A stretch of DNA of 46,995 nucleotides from Candidatus Micrarchaeota archaeon (GTDB lineage: Archaea > Micrarchaeota > Micrarchaeia > Burarchaeales > JACRGF01), in contig JACRGF010000005.1 in assembly GCA_016212395.1 (NCBI GenBank), positions 1 through 46,995 of the forward strand. The letters are read 5' to 3'. How positions within the stretch are numbered: the stretch's first letter is position 1; every line of letters starts with the position of its first letter. The position numbers were made by a program, and so were the translations under genes. Positions 17,162-26,796 of the stretch are shown here, piece by piece. The notes under the pieces are model-generated. The model saw nothing but the letters and a program-made list of their open reading frames with translations, did no database searches and was not told the DNA's origin.

Positions 17162-17365
17162 GCAGTCGACAGCAGTCGACTCAATCGGCAGCAGCAGACT
17201 CAACTCGAAACTCCTAAACAGAAAAATCTTAACAGCAATGCCTGCGTGAGCGAACGAAAAAGCAAGCGCACGAAAAAAAAACACAACGCAAAAACTGGCA
17301 AAAAACGCGCATAAAAATAGGCGAGCAAAACTAACAGCCTGATTCTCGCACGCGCCGCTTCCTTT

Positions 17366-18121
17366 TTATTTTGACGGCTTTTTCTTTGCAATGTTCCACA
17401 AATGCTCGAAATGCTGGCGGTAAGTGCCTGCCAAGTTCTTGTTTTCTATGCGTATAACTGTAGGAGGGAACCCCCAGCTGACTATCGCGATTTTGCTTGC
17501 GTAAATGAAAGTGTTCGTCGGGTTGAACTCCTTTTCAGGCAAGAAACGGTAAGTGGTTGACGGGCCGGCGAACTGGAAAACGCCCTGGCGGTTGGAAGTG
17601 ATTACACGCTCGCTTATTTTCCTTGACTTCAGGCATTCAAAGTATTTCGGCATGAATGCAGGCAGGGCATCACGGTACTTTGAATCGTCAATGCCAGTGA
17701 TTAAAACTTCCTTTGCAGTCCGCATTATGTCAGTGAGGAAAACTTTCAAGCCTTCTCTCCCTTCAAACACTTCCACTTTAGTCGAAATTTTCGGAAAGCC
17801 GGCCATTGCGGAAAGCTGGGGCAATATCGACTTCAGTTTTTCTTTGCTGTCTTCAAGCCTGCCGGCTTCTTCATTCAAGTACTCCTCGATTTTTTCAGGC
17901 TCTGCTGCAATGAAATATTTTTTCGAGTTTCTCGTCACGTAGCTCACGAGGCCCTTGCTTAAAAGCGTCTCGAGCTTGTCGTAAACGTTTGGCCGGTATA
18001 TTCCGGTCTTTGACGCTATTTCGTACGCGGAAAGCGAGCCGCTTGAAAGCAAAGCCAAGTATATCGCGGTTTCATTTTCTGAAAGCCCTATTTGCTTGAG
18101 CACTTCCTGTTCTTTCGCCAT
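17366..18121 (-). CDS. TrmB-family transcriptional regulator
   Basis: From MAKEQ at 18121: LKQIGLSENETAIYLALL...EIASKTGIYRPNVYDKLETLLSKGLV winged HTH; VEVFEGREG; PLD-like effector domain. Confidence 0.92.
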   Translation of the reverse strand: MAKEQEVLKQIGLSENETAIYLALLSSGSLSAYEIASKTGIYRPNVYDKLETLLSKGLVSYVTRNSKKYFIAAEPEKIEEYLNEEAGRLEDSKEKLKSILPQLSAMAGFPKISTKVEVFEGREGLKVFLTDIMRTAKEVLITGIDDSKYRDALPAFMPKYFECLKSRKISERVITSNRQGVFQFAGPSTTYRFLPEKEFNPTNTFIYASKIAIVSWGFPPTVIRIENKNLAGTYRQHFEHLWNIAKKKPSK

Positions 18122-18209
18122 GATGTGAATGGAACGCGAATGGATATAAGAGTTTCGTTTGAGGCTCGGACGACAAGAAATTAAATAGGCGAATAGAGTA
18201 ATATAAGGC

Positions 18210-19223
18210 ATGAGAAGGGAAGTCGTAAAGCGCGTGAGGGAACTTCGCAGGAGCTTTGCATCAATAAAGCCGATGGTGCATGACCCGAGGGCTCCGGCGT
18301 TCGTGGAAACCGCGCAAGCGATTGTAAAAGGCAAAGCGTCAGAAAGGCAGCTCGTCGCGTTGAGAACTCCGCACTGCACGCACGGAAAATGCACTATGTG
18401 CGGGTTCAAGTCGCAAGGAGTTGAAAAAACGAGTTTTGAGGATTTAAAGGCGCAGTTTGACGGAATAAAATTGATTGAAACAGGACGGGTTTCATTGTGC
18501 AGCGAGAGCTCGCTTTTCCACTTGAAAGTGCCTTTCAGTTTTTTGGAGTTTGCATTCAGAAAACTCGCAGGGACAAGAGTTCAGGAAATAGACTTGGAAA
18601 CATGCGCTGCAGATGTTGTGAGAAACATTGGAAATATCGAGAGGCTGAATGCGCTTCTTCGAAAAAGCCAGCAGCTTTTCGTCGGCATGGGCTTGGAGTC
18701 TCAAGACGACTTCGTGCGCAGCGTTTTGATTGGAAAAAAGCTGTTGAAAAAATTGTTTGAAAAAGCGATTGGCTTGCTGGCTAGCGCTGGCGTCGGGGCG
18801 TTCGCATACGTTATCCTCAAGTCCCCGGGATTGGAGGAAAAGGAAGCAGTGGAAGAATGCGTTCGCACGATAGAGTATTTCTTCAGCGTTGCAAGGCGAA
18901 CGGGAATAAAACACGCGAGGGCAACGCTCAAGCCATTGTTCATCCCGAGAGGCACGATAGTAGAAAAACTGTTTGAAGAAGGGCTTGTTGCGCCTCCAAA
19001 GTTATGGGCAGTAATCGAAGTTTTAAAGAGAATCCACCAGCTTGGAAACGTGTTCGCGCCTTTGACAGACGAAGGATTGGCTGAAGGAAGGATTGCTGAA
19101 AACTGCGCGAAATGCACTGGCAAAGTCAAGGAAGCGATTAGAACGTTCAACGCAACGCAAGACATAAAGCCGTTGCAGAAACTCTCCTGCGAATGCAAAG
19201 AGGAATGGAAAAATGAAGACTGA
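18210..19223 (+). CDS. Radical SAM protein, RaSEA (archaeosine synthesis)-like
   Basis: LRTPHCTHGKCTMCGF cluster motif, MGLES.DD, AYVILK.P, GTIVE..F..G...PP.LW and C-terminal NC..C...C.C..EW typical of this family. Confidence 0.8.
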   Translation: MRREVVKRVRELRRSFASIKPMVHDPRAPAFVETAQAIVKGKASERQLVALRTPHCTHGKCTMCGFKSQGVEKTSFEDLKAQFDGIKLIETGRVSLCSESSLFHLKVPFSFLEFAFRKLAGTRVQEIDLETCAADVVRNIGNIERLNALLRKSQQLFVGMGLESQDDFVRSVLIGKKLLKKLFEKAIGLLASAGVGAFAYVILKSPGLEEKEAVEECVRTIEYFFSVARRTGIKHARATLKPLFIPRGTIVEKLFEEGLVAPPKLWAVIEVLKRIHQLGNVFAPLTDEGLAEGRIAENCAKCTGKVKEAIRTFNATQDIKPLQKLSCECKEEWKNED

Positions 19224-19277
19224 CCGAAGACGTTCCAACCGCGCCGAAACTCCAAAACCTCAAAACTCCAAAACTTT

Positions 19278-19859
19278 TTATTCATACCACGCGTTTATTT
19301 TCAACTGCGCCAAGTCGTTGTCAATAGTTATGACGCGGGTTACTTCTACTAGTTCTTTCGGGCTGGGTGATGCGAGCAAGTCGCATTTTCCAACGCAGTT
19401 GTAGAAGACTCTGTTCGTTTCAATCGTCGCGTTAAACTCGTAAGCAAAGTTTAGTTTTTGCTTCAGCTTCTTGTAGTTGGGGGTAAAGTCGGCAGTAAGG
19501 TATGTGATGAGCGCATTCATTTTTTCGTTGCTCAGCTCGTTTTTCTCTAGGGAACTCATTAATCCGATTTGCTTCGCGTTTTCGATGTCTGTTGCAGAAG
19601 CATGCCAGTCGCTTGGGCTTCCGGGAGTAAGCAACGCGTCTGACAAGCGCAGTGTTTCGCGGACGAGGTCAGCGCGCGCTTCTTTCTGCATCGTGGGGCT
19701 CGCGCCGAACCAGTAGGAATAGAGAAGTGCTACTGCTACGAGGAACACTACTCCTCCAATGATTGCATCGTAAGAAAAGAATTGCCCTTTCTTGCTGTTG
19801 CGGACTTCGCGCGTGAACGCGCTGCACTCGAGCATTCTTTTCCTAGTTTTGTTCGACAT
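19278..19859 (-). CDS. Class III signal-peptide (pilin-like) protein
   Basis: KKGQFFSYDAIIGGVVFLVAVALL; SDALLTPGSPSDW. Confidence 0.85.
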   Translation of the reverse strand: MSNKTRKRMLECSAFTREVRNSKKGQFFSYDAIIGGVVFLVAVALLYSYWFGASPTMQKEARADLVRETLRLSDALLTPGSPSDWHASATDIENAKQIGLMSSLEKNELSNEKMNALITYLTADFTPNYKKLKQKLNFAYEFNATIETNRVFYNCVGKCDLLASPSPKELVEVTRVITIDNDLAQLKINAWYE

Positions 19860-20304
19860 GCAAATTCTCTCCTTCAATCTTGATGATTACTTTCTTCGAC
19901 TTGTCTATAGTTGCAGACTCGTAGGGCGGAAGCGCTCCAGAGCGAGTCAAGTCTATCAAGTCCACAGTAACAAGGTAGACGTATGAAAAGTTTTTTCCTC
20001 CGCGCAAGTAATCAAGGGACACGTAACCGTTTTTTTGTACAGTCAAATTGTAATCAATAACGCCCAAGAGTTTAGAGGGAGGCGAGTACTCTTTGTAATA
20101 ACCGTCGCCTATTGCAGCTGCAAAGCTGAGTTCTTCAGCGAAATTCGTCGCGATTTGAACAGCGAATTGTTCTTCCCTTTCAAAGAGCACTTGCTGCTGG
20201 TTTGAAGCAGTCAACGCTATGAAGGCAAGCAAGACGAGCAGGAACGAGCCGAAGTACAACACGAACTCGACTGCTGCTTGTGCTTTCAACTTTCCGTGTT
20301 TCAA
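19843..20304 (-). CDS. Class III signal-peptide (pilin-like) protein
   Basis: Likely TTG start at 20304 behind GGTGG; LKAQAAVEFVLYFGSFLLVLLAFI. Confidence 0.83.
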   Translation of the reverse strand: MKHGKLKAQAAVEFVLYFGSFLLVLLAFIALTASNQQQVLFEREEQFAVQIATNFAEELSFAAAIGDGYYKEYSPPSKLLGVIDYNLTVQKNGYVSLDYLRGGKNFSYVYLVTVDLIDLTRSGALPPYESATIDKSKKVIIKIEGENLHVEQN

Positions 20305-20470
20305 CCAAACCACCAATTTCAAACAAACACGCACGAAACAATTCAAACAACATTTCAAACAAAAACATTCAAACGCAATAAACAATTCACGCAAACAAAA
20401 ACGTTCACTCCGAAACTTCTTGCTTTATCCTCCAGCTAAACACAACCAATTTTCAAACTATTGCCAGCAT

Positions 20471-20935
20471 TCAATTCACTGCAGTTATTTCAACTGCCAA
20501 CTCGCCTGCTGGAAGCCGTGTTAGCTTCAAGCGCAGCGAAACCAAGCCAGTGCCAGGCGTGTCCATCCAAGCTTGGCCTGCTGGCGCGCTCACGCGCGGA
20601 ATCGTCATCATTACAACGTCGGTCTTGCCGTAACTCGTGATTGTTTTGAACGTTACTTCATTGCCCAAGCTTCCCGGCGCCACGCCGCCAATCTCCACGC
20701 GCTCTACTCCTTGAGGAATGAACACGTGCACTGTTTTTTCCGAATTCCCGCCTTGGTAGTAAAGCTCGTCGCACGCTTCAGCAATCATTTTAACTGAATT
20801 GCGCGCTTGAAGAACGTTCGCCTCGTCCGAACCCTGCTGGGACGCGCCTTGAAGCAGCACGAGCAAAGCAATGCTCGCTAGAAAAATGAACGAAAGCACG
20901 GAAACCATTTCAATTCCAGACTGGCCTTTTTTCAT
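20471..20935 (-). CDS. Class III signal-peptide (pilin-like) protein
   Basis: MKKGQSGIEMVSVLSFIFLASIALL; IAEACDELYYQGGNSEKTVHVFIP. Confidence 0.87.
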   Translation of the reverse strand: MKKGQSGIEMVSVLSFIFLASIALLVLLQGASQQGSDEANVLQARNSVKMIAEACDELYYQGGNSEKTVHVFIPQGVERVEIGGVAPGSLGNEVTFKTITSYGKTDVVMMTIPRVSAPAGQAWMDTPGTGLVSLRLKLTRLPAGELAVEITAVN

Positions 20936-20955
20936 GGTATAATACACCTTGATAG

Positions 20956-22668
20956 TTATTCAACGCACGCGTTCGAGTCGCACTCGTCGCCCTCGCAACG
21001 CAGTTCGCTCACGCCGTAATAATTCGAGTGGTCCAAGTCAAGCAGGAAATGCCCGAGCGGCACGTCGTTGTCGTCTTCGCACATTTCAACGTCCTTGCAC
21101 CCAGGCATTCCTTTTATCTTGCCCTCGTCAATGCTCGTCCCGTAATAAACGTGGTCAACACGCGAATCAGGGTCGCGCGCCCACATTCCAACGAGCATCG
21201 TTTCAACGCCCGCACTGCCTCCGAGCGATGACGGCCGCAAGCCAGCAAGCCTCTGAAGGAAGCTCGGCGCGTCTCCGTCCTCCAAGTAATAACCGCAAAT
21301 CGCGGTTTCCCTCAACGCTTCAATATCGTAAATAAAGTGGCCGATGCTCGGCTCGAATGAATTGCACCAGCCAGGCGAATCGATCAACACTGCCTTGTTG
21401 CTGTCAACGTACTCTTGCGGGAAAACGTGCGTGCTCGTGAAAGAGCCAGTCATTCCAGTAGTCACGAACGGAACGCTGACCAAGTTGGCGTACCGCGTGT
21501 TGCCTTTATCAGGGCACACTGAAACAGCACAACCTTCTGAAACTTCAACGCGCGAAACGCGCGAAGCACAATCCAAGCAATTGCCAGTCTCGTTCTCTGT
21601 AAAGTAAGTGCACGTGCACTCTCCGTAAACTTCAGTTTCAGTGCCGAACACGTTGCTCGGAGCGCCGTCCACTATTACTCCGACGAACTGGTCAAGCACG
21701 CGGTTGTTGCACTCGCCTGGAGCAATATCATCCTCGAAAATAGCAGTAATTTCTTCTCCTTCGTTGCAGTAGTCTGAAACGTCTTCAACAAACAACAAGT
21801 ACTGTCCGGGGTTAGTTTCTCTGAGGCCAGGCGAGCTCGTGACGTTTCCGTAAGCCCATCCTTTCCCGCGCGAACCCTCGCCAACTAAGACAGGAGCTAA
21901 ATCTGAAAGCGAATTGTTGGAAGAATAAATCTGCCTAATCGTCGCGTCCCAAACGCTCGCAAGCGTATTATCCCCATACTCGCCGTTGTGCGCCTTGTAA
22001 TCCATGAGAGTAATGAAAGCGTCTAGAGTTCCGTTGATTGGAATTCTTGCAACTATGGGGTTGAGCGAATCGTACGAGCGGTTCAACTGAAGCGTTTTGT
22101 CATTGTTTGAAATGCTGACGTTCGCCTCAAGCACTAAATCAACGTGCCACGCGTCAGACTGTTGAACACCACAATTTTCAACTTCAAAAGCAAAATTCAA
22201 CCCAATCCTATTAGTAGACTTGTTAAGCGAATCAACCCAATGCATCAGCGTGTCCTCGCGCTCAGCCAGAATAGTAGCATCGTCAGCAAAACGAGTTCCG
22301 TTCACAATAATACTGCACAACTCTGCTTGAACCTTTGCAGGAGTTGGAAAAATCTTGTTGATTGAATGCTCGTGAGGAACATTATCTATCTTTCTGCCAC
22401 CTTCGCTTATAACATCCATGCTCAGGTTGTACAACGCGCGCCTTCCAATGAATTCAACGTGCGAAGCAACGCTTTCCCTCGACGATTGCAAGGCTGCTTG
22501 CTCGAGCGCGAACGCCTCCATCTTCGAAGAAACACGCGCTTCCACTTGCTTTTGCGCGGCAAGCCACACGCTCGTAGAAACGAGAATAAATGAGAGGAAC
22601 ACTACTGCCATCAACGTGAAAAAAAAGCCTTTGCGAAAACCAAACAAAACCATGCAAAACACACTCAA
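20956..22668 (-). CDS. Large class III signal-peptide protein with acidic Cys-rich C-terminal half (minor pilin/adhesin candidate)
   Basis: RKGFFFTLMAVVFLSFILV at the N-terminus; many Cys; APSFLQRLAG and SRVDHVYY motifs. Confidence 0.83.
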   Translation of the reverse strand: MSVFCMVLFGFRKGFFFTLMAVVFLSFILVSTSVWLAAQKQVEARVSSKMEAFALEQAALQSSRESVASHVEFIGRRALYNLSMDVISEGGRKIDNVPHEHSINKIFPTPAKVQAELCSIIVNGTRFADDATILAEREDTLMHWVDSLNKSTNRIGLNFAFEVENCGVQQSDAWHVDLVLEANVSISNNDKTLQLNRSYDSLNPIVARIPINGTLDAFITLMDYKAHNGEYGDNTLASVWDATIRQIYSSNNSLSDLAPVLVGEGSRGKGWAYGNVTSSPGLRETNPGQYLLFVEDVSDYCNEGEEITAIFEDDIAPGECNNRVLDQFVGVIVDGAPSNVFGTETEVYGECTCTYFTENETGNCLDCASRVSRVEVSEGCAVSVCPDKGNTRYANLVSVPFVTTGMTGSFTSTHVFPQEYVDSNKAVLIDSPGWCNSFEPSIGHFIYDIEALRETAICGYYLEDGDAPSFLQRLAGLRPSSLGGSAGVETMLVGMWARDPDSRVDHVYYGTSIDEGKIKGMPGCKDVEMCEDDNDVPLGHFLLDLDHSNYYGVSELRCEGDECDSNACVE

Positions 22669-22669
22669 A

Positions 22670-22804
22670 CAAAACTTCTAAACACAAAACTCCAAAACCT
22701 CTAAACTCCAAAACATTTTCACACACTCAAAACAATTCAAAACCACATAGACAAAACTTCTAAACCCCAAAACTCCTAAACTTCGCAACTCCAAAACTTC
22801 TAAA
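22670..22804. repeat. Degenerate 8-mer (caaaactc-like) tandem repeats, intergenic
   Basis: Runs such as caaaactt-ctaaacac-aaaactcc-aaaacctc and caaaactt-ctaaaccc-caaaactc-ctaaactt-cgcaactc-caaaactt. Confidence 0.7.
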
Positions 22805-23450
22805 TCCATACTTCCAAGCGCACTAGAGTCGGACCGTATTTTTCTCCAGTAGTGTACAATGAACGCTCTCGTCCGCACGGGTACTTGCCTCCGTTGCAGC
22901 TTCCGTACTCGAACGGCGAGCCTCCGGCATCGTCGTAAATTTTGAACCCGTCAACTGTTTTTGAAACGCTTGCTTTCAAGCGCGAGGACGCGCATCGTTT
23001 GGAGGTTGAAGGTGAATCCACTCGCGTAGAGTTGGCGTAAACCCATTTGTTTAAAGTCAAGTCGAAAAAACTGAATTGGTAGCAGTACTGCGGGGGGATG
23101 ACGTCGTTCAAAAACTCGTCGCCAATGCTTCCTGCGAGTTCCAAGTCAGTGTCGCTTCCGCGCGATGAGAGAGTCGCTATTTCCTGCAAGGGAGTGCTGT
23201 CCAGCTCTTTCAAGTCAGAGGCTGAAGCAATGCTGAATGCGAGCGAGCTTGGAGCGTCGCGGATTTTGAACGAGTCCATTGCCTGCAAGCCGTCTTTAGC
23301 CAAGTAGAACGTTTGCTCGAATGAAGGGTAAAACGTTTTCGAAGCGTTAAGCAGAAGCAGGAGAGTGAAAATTCCGAATAAAATGACGGTGAGGGAAATG
23401 AATGCATCTAGAGTGAAGATGAAACCCTTCCCGAGCTTTTCAACGCGCAT
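22800..23450 (-). CDS. Class III signal-peptide (pilin-like) protein, first of a five-gene run
   Basis: LGKGFIFTLDAFISLTVILFGIFTLL; C-terminus YGPTLVRLEVWI. Confidence 0.85.
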   Translation of the reverse strand: MRVEKLGKGFIFTLDAFISLTVILFGIFTLLLLLNASKTFYPSFEQTFYLAKDGLQAMDSFKIRDAPSSLAFSIASASDLKELDSTPLQEIATLSSRGSDTDLELAGSIGDEFLNDVIPPQYCYQFSFFDLTLNKWVYANSTRVDSPSTSKRCASSRLKASVSKTVDGFKIYDDAGGSPFEYGSCNGGKYPCGRERSLYTTGEKYGPTLVRLEVWI

Positions 23451-23514
23451 ATGAACAAACGTTTTGGACACGAATTAATATAAAAAACATTCCTTTCAAA
23501 GTGTTATCATAGGG

Positions 23515-24909
23515 GTGACGGACGTGAACAAACAAATAACAGTATTATTGCTGGCAGTAGCATTAGTGCTTTTTTTCGGGTGCACGGGAAAGTACGGAAA
23601 GTTCTTGGAAGTACAAAACGAAACTGCGATAGGCGACACTCCGCCCGCGCCTCCTGAAGAACAAGAGCAAAACACGACGGTAACTCCAAACACTCCGCCA
23701 ACAACACCCGGAACAACCACACCTTCAGCACAAAACACTACGCTAACGCCACCAAAGCCGTCAACACAAAATACGACAGTAACTCCGACGATTCCACCAA
23801 CCCCTCCAACGCCAACAATCCCTCCAACTTCTTCAAATGAAACATTAACTCCAACTCCTTCTCCAGTCCCGCCGAGCCCAACGCCAGCCCAAAACCAGTC
23901 TGCAGCAGGGGAAACCGTGACTATTCAGCCGAACACGCTCGCCATAATTTACTTCGGTTCGCTCGGGTCGCAATCGAGTTCGCTCACCGTCAAAAAATAC
24001 GATTCTATTACTGAGAACACTTACTCGTTATCAACCATTACTTCAACGTCAACGGCTTACGCGATTTTGGGGTACATTCCTTCGTTGAGCGAAACGTACT
24101 TGATAGACGAGACGACGTCTTACAGTTACTCGAGGAGCACTCTGCACGCGAGGACAGTTGGAGGCAAGGTGGTTATTCTCAACGAGCGCGGGGAAAGAAA
24201 CCCGGCAATAGGGGACGTTGACGTGAAAAACATTATTACCGGAGAAAGAATGTACTCAGTGACGCTGTACCCGCAATCTTCTGCAGGCGACTGGGCTATC
24301 GTCGGAAACGCGATTTATTACACGACGCCTATAAGCACGGACTTGTACGGAAAACGAACCGGAGGCGGCCACTTGTACAAACGGGATTTCGCTTCAAGCA
24401 GTTCAGTAAAATTGCTTGACTACCAGTACCCGCCGAACGGTATTGGAAGCTTGTACGCAGTCGGAGACAAGCTGTACGACGTGAGGTTTTCCTACGACGC
24501 GAAAACGGAAAGCCGAAATTACGCGGTAAGCGAGCGCAGCACGAGCACTGGAGAAATAACCAAAGAGATAACGAGCTTTTCTTACTCGAGCTACGCGACG
24601 TTTTACGACGGCGAGACAGCGTTGTATTTCGTGTTGAAAGACCCGAACGCTGAAGTTTACGAAGTCTACCGCATTACGAACGGAGACGCTGAACCAATAT
24701 TCGCAGTAGAACTCGAAGCAGGAGAAACAGGCTTGGGCAGGCTCGACGAGTCGAACGGCTACTTGTTCGTGCCAGTCTTGTCAAAAAACAAAAACACGCT
24801 CATAAAATACAGCTTGAACGACCGCACGAGCGAGGAAGTGAACATCGGCTCGCTCGCGGAAAGCGGCTCGCTCTCAGGCGCGGAATACACGCTGTTGAAC
24901 CCGCAGTAA
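23515..24909 (+). CDS. Putative surface lipoprotein with Pro/Thr-rich linker and beta-propeller-like domain
   Basis: LVLFFGC lipobox-like signal; repeated QNTT(V/L)TP; aromatic beta-strand-rich C-terminal region. Confidence 0.8.
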   Translation: MTDVNKQITVLLLAVALVLFFGCTGKYGKFLEVQNETAIGDTPPAPPEEQEQNTTVTPNTPPTTPGTTTPSAQNTTLTPPKPSTQNTTVTPTIPPTPPTPTIPPTSSNETLTPTPSPVPPSPTPAQNQSAAGETVTIQPNTLAIIYFGSLGSQSSSLTVKKYDSITENTYSLSTITSTSTAYAILGYIPSLSETYLIDETTSYSYSRSTLHARTVGGKVVILNERGERNPAIGDVDVKNIITGERMYSVTLYPQSSAGDWAIVGNAIYYTTPISTDLYGKRTGGGHLYKRDFASSSSVKLLDYQYPPNGIGSLYAVGDKLYDVRFSYDAKTESRNYAVSERSTSTGEITKEITSFSYSSYATFYDGETALYFVLKDPNAEVYEVYRITNGDAEPIFAVELEAGETGLGRLDESNGYLFVPVLSKNKNTLIKYSLNDRTSEEVNIGSLAESGSLSGAEYTLLNPQ

Positions 24910-24929
24910 AACTTTGCGATAGCGTTAAA

Positions 24930-25079
24930 CTACACGCTTTTTTTCGCGTGCTTTATTATCTCAACGTTGCAAGAGTGGCGGGCAGAGCACCATTCCTCGC
25001 ATTTTTCCGCCCAACGCTTTTCTTCATAAACCAGCTTGCACGCGTCACAAGAGTACAAGCCGTTCTTCACAGAAACCAT
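24930..25079 (-). CDS. Small Cys-rich zinc-ribbon-like protein
   Basis: MVSVKNGLYSCDACKLVYEEKRWAEKCEEWCSARHSCNVEIIKHA: CxxC...CxxWC...SC pattern typical of small archaeal Zn proteins. Confidence 0.75.
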   Translation of the reverse strand: MVSVKNGLYSCDACKLVYEEKRWAEKCEEWCSARHSCNVEIIKHAKKSV

Positions 25080-25155
25080 GCAGGCATAACTCGAGCAATA
25101 TTTATAAACAAAATAAAACTTCTTTTGCAGTTCAAGGCAATGCTTCGACACGCGT

Positions 25156-25758
25156 TCACTCGCATTCTGAATAGCCTGTCCCGCACTCGTTGCAAGTTTG
25201 CTGTCCGTACCCGCAACCGCCTTGCAGCGGGCAGACTTTAACGCTTCCAGGAACGCACGTTTTCTTTACTATGCACGCGCTCCACTCTCCGTTCGCGCAC
25301 ACGCTCACTCCATAACAGTTTGAAGAAGTAGAACAATTCTTCTGCATTCCTGCAGAACACTCGCTTTTCTTTTGAGGAAGCAGGGAAGGCGTGCCGGAAA
25401 AGCTTTCTCCTGAAAACGTCGTGCGCTGAAGAAAATTCGTGTAAAACAAGTAAGCAGCCAGCAACGCGACGCACAACAACGCGAAGAGAATGGCTTTAGT
25501 CAGGAAAGGGCAGAAACGTTTTTTCTGTTCTTGATAGTGAGAAGAAACAGGATGCTGTGCAGAAGCAGCTGCAGGCACAGGAGTTTTCTTGCGTGAAATT
25601 ATTCTGCCTTCAACGTTTGCTTGTTTTTCTTTTTGCTTCAGCAAAGCGTGCCTTGTTTTCCCTGCTTGCTTTTGCTTCAGAAAAGCTTGTTTTGTTTTCT
25701 CCGCTTGCTGTTTCAGCGAAACTTGTTTTGCTTTATTCAGCGGTTGCTTTTTTTTCAT
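25156..25758 (-). CDS. Membrane-anchored protein with basic repetitive N-terminus and Cys-rich extracellular repeats
   Basis: LKQ..A.KT repeats, one TM helix, two C..G....C......G...C...W/Y..C modules. Confidence 0.75.
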   Translation of the reverse strand: MKKKQPLNKAKQVSLKQQAEKTKQAFLKQKQAGKTRHALLKQKEKQANVEGRIISRKKTPVPAAASAQHPVSSHYQEQKKRFCPFLTKAILFALLCVALLAAYLFYTNFLQRTTFSGESFSGTPSLLPQKKSECSAGMQKNCSTSSNCYGVSVCANGEWSACIVKKTCVPGSVKVCPLQGGCGYGQQTCNECGTGYSECE

Positions 25759-25779
25759 TCTTCAACCACCTCAATAATT

Positions 25780-26718
25780 TCAACTGTAAGACAAGCTGAC
25801 TTTCTGCGGGCTTGAAGAAAACGTTTGCCTCAAGTCAGACGCAGCGCCTTGCAGCAATTCTTCGAAAAAGCCTTTGCTTGTCTTGAAAACGCAGGTTTTC
25901 ACTTCGCCTTGCATTCCAGCAAGCTCGGCAGCCTTGCTGACTGCAGCCTGCTTGTCGCCCAGCTCGTCCACCAAGCCGAGTTTGAACGCTTGCCTTCCAG
26001 TGAGAATGCGCGCGTCTGAAACGCTTTCAAGGTTAGCTTGAGTGAAGCGTGGCTTGCCCTTCCTGCCTTCTTCTACTGCTTTCTTGAATTCTTGGAACGA
26101 CTCGTCAACTATCGCTTGAAGAATTTCAACTTCCTTTTCAGTAGGAGGCCTCGTCGGGTCTCCAATGTCCTTCAACTCGCCGGTCTTTACAGTAGTGAAA
26201 TTCATTCCCAGCTTGCTGAATAATTGGGAATAGTCTTCGAAAGTAGCGCGCGCGCCAATGCTTCCAGTAATAGCGTCAGGAGAGCTTACTATATAATCAG
26301 AGCCAACACCCAAGTAATAACCGCCCGAGGCAGCGACTTCCCTGAAAAACGCTACTTTCGGCTTGCCGAAATTTTTGAGCGCTGAATACATTTCACTGCT
26401 CGCGACAACGCTTCCTCCAGGAGAATTCACTTCAACAACAATCGCCTGCACATCGCTCCTGCTGCTCGCTTCCTCCAGCAACTCCGCGAAATCGTCGGAG
26501 TCAGCAACAACGCCAGAGAACAAGCCTGAGTCTCCGCTCGTGGCAATAACGCCGTCAACGCTAACCACTCCAACGCACGGTTCGGGAAACAACGCTGAAA
26601 GAAAGCTCACTAGAAAAAAACTGCCCACGAACAAGCCGGCAATCACCACGCCGGCAAACACGAGCAACGCAACAACCAAAAGCAATTTCGCCTTCCTGCT
26701 CTTGAAATTAAATTTCAA
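25780..26718 (-). CDS. sppA: Signal peptide peptidase SppA (S49)
   Basis: VNSPGGSV, AASGGYY, TGSIG, KTGELKD, GLVDELG; likely TTG start at 26718 behind GAGGTG. Confidence 0.95.
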   Translation of the reverse strand: MKFNFKSRKAKLLLVVALLVFAGVVIAGLFVGSFFLVSFLSALFPEPCVGVVSVDGVIATSGDSGLFSGVVADSDDFAELLEEASSRSDVQAIVVEVNSPGGSVVASSEMYSALKNFGKPKVAFFREVAASGGYYLGVGSDYIVSSPDAITGSIGARATFEDYSQLFSKLGMNFTTVKTGELKDIGDPTRPPTEKEVEILQAIVDESFQEFKKAVEEGRKGKPRFTQANLESVSDARILTGRQAFKLGLVDELGDKQAAVSKAAELAGMQGEVKTCVFKTSKGFFEELLQGAASDLRQTFSSSPQKVSLSYS

Positions 26719-26796
26719 ACAAAACACCTCTCGCACGCACGAGACACTCTTTCGAGCACGCAATTTAAATAAATTGTTTGTCGCATTAAATTGGTC

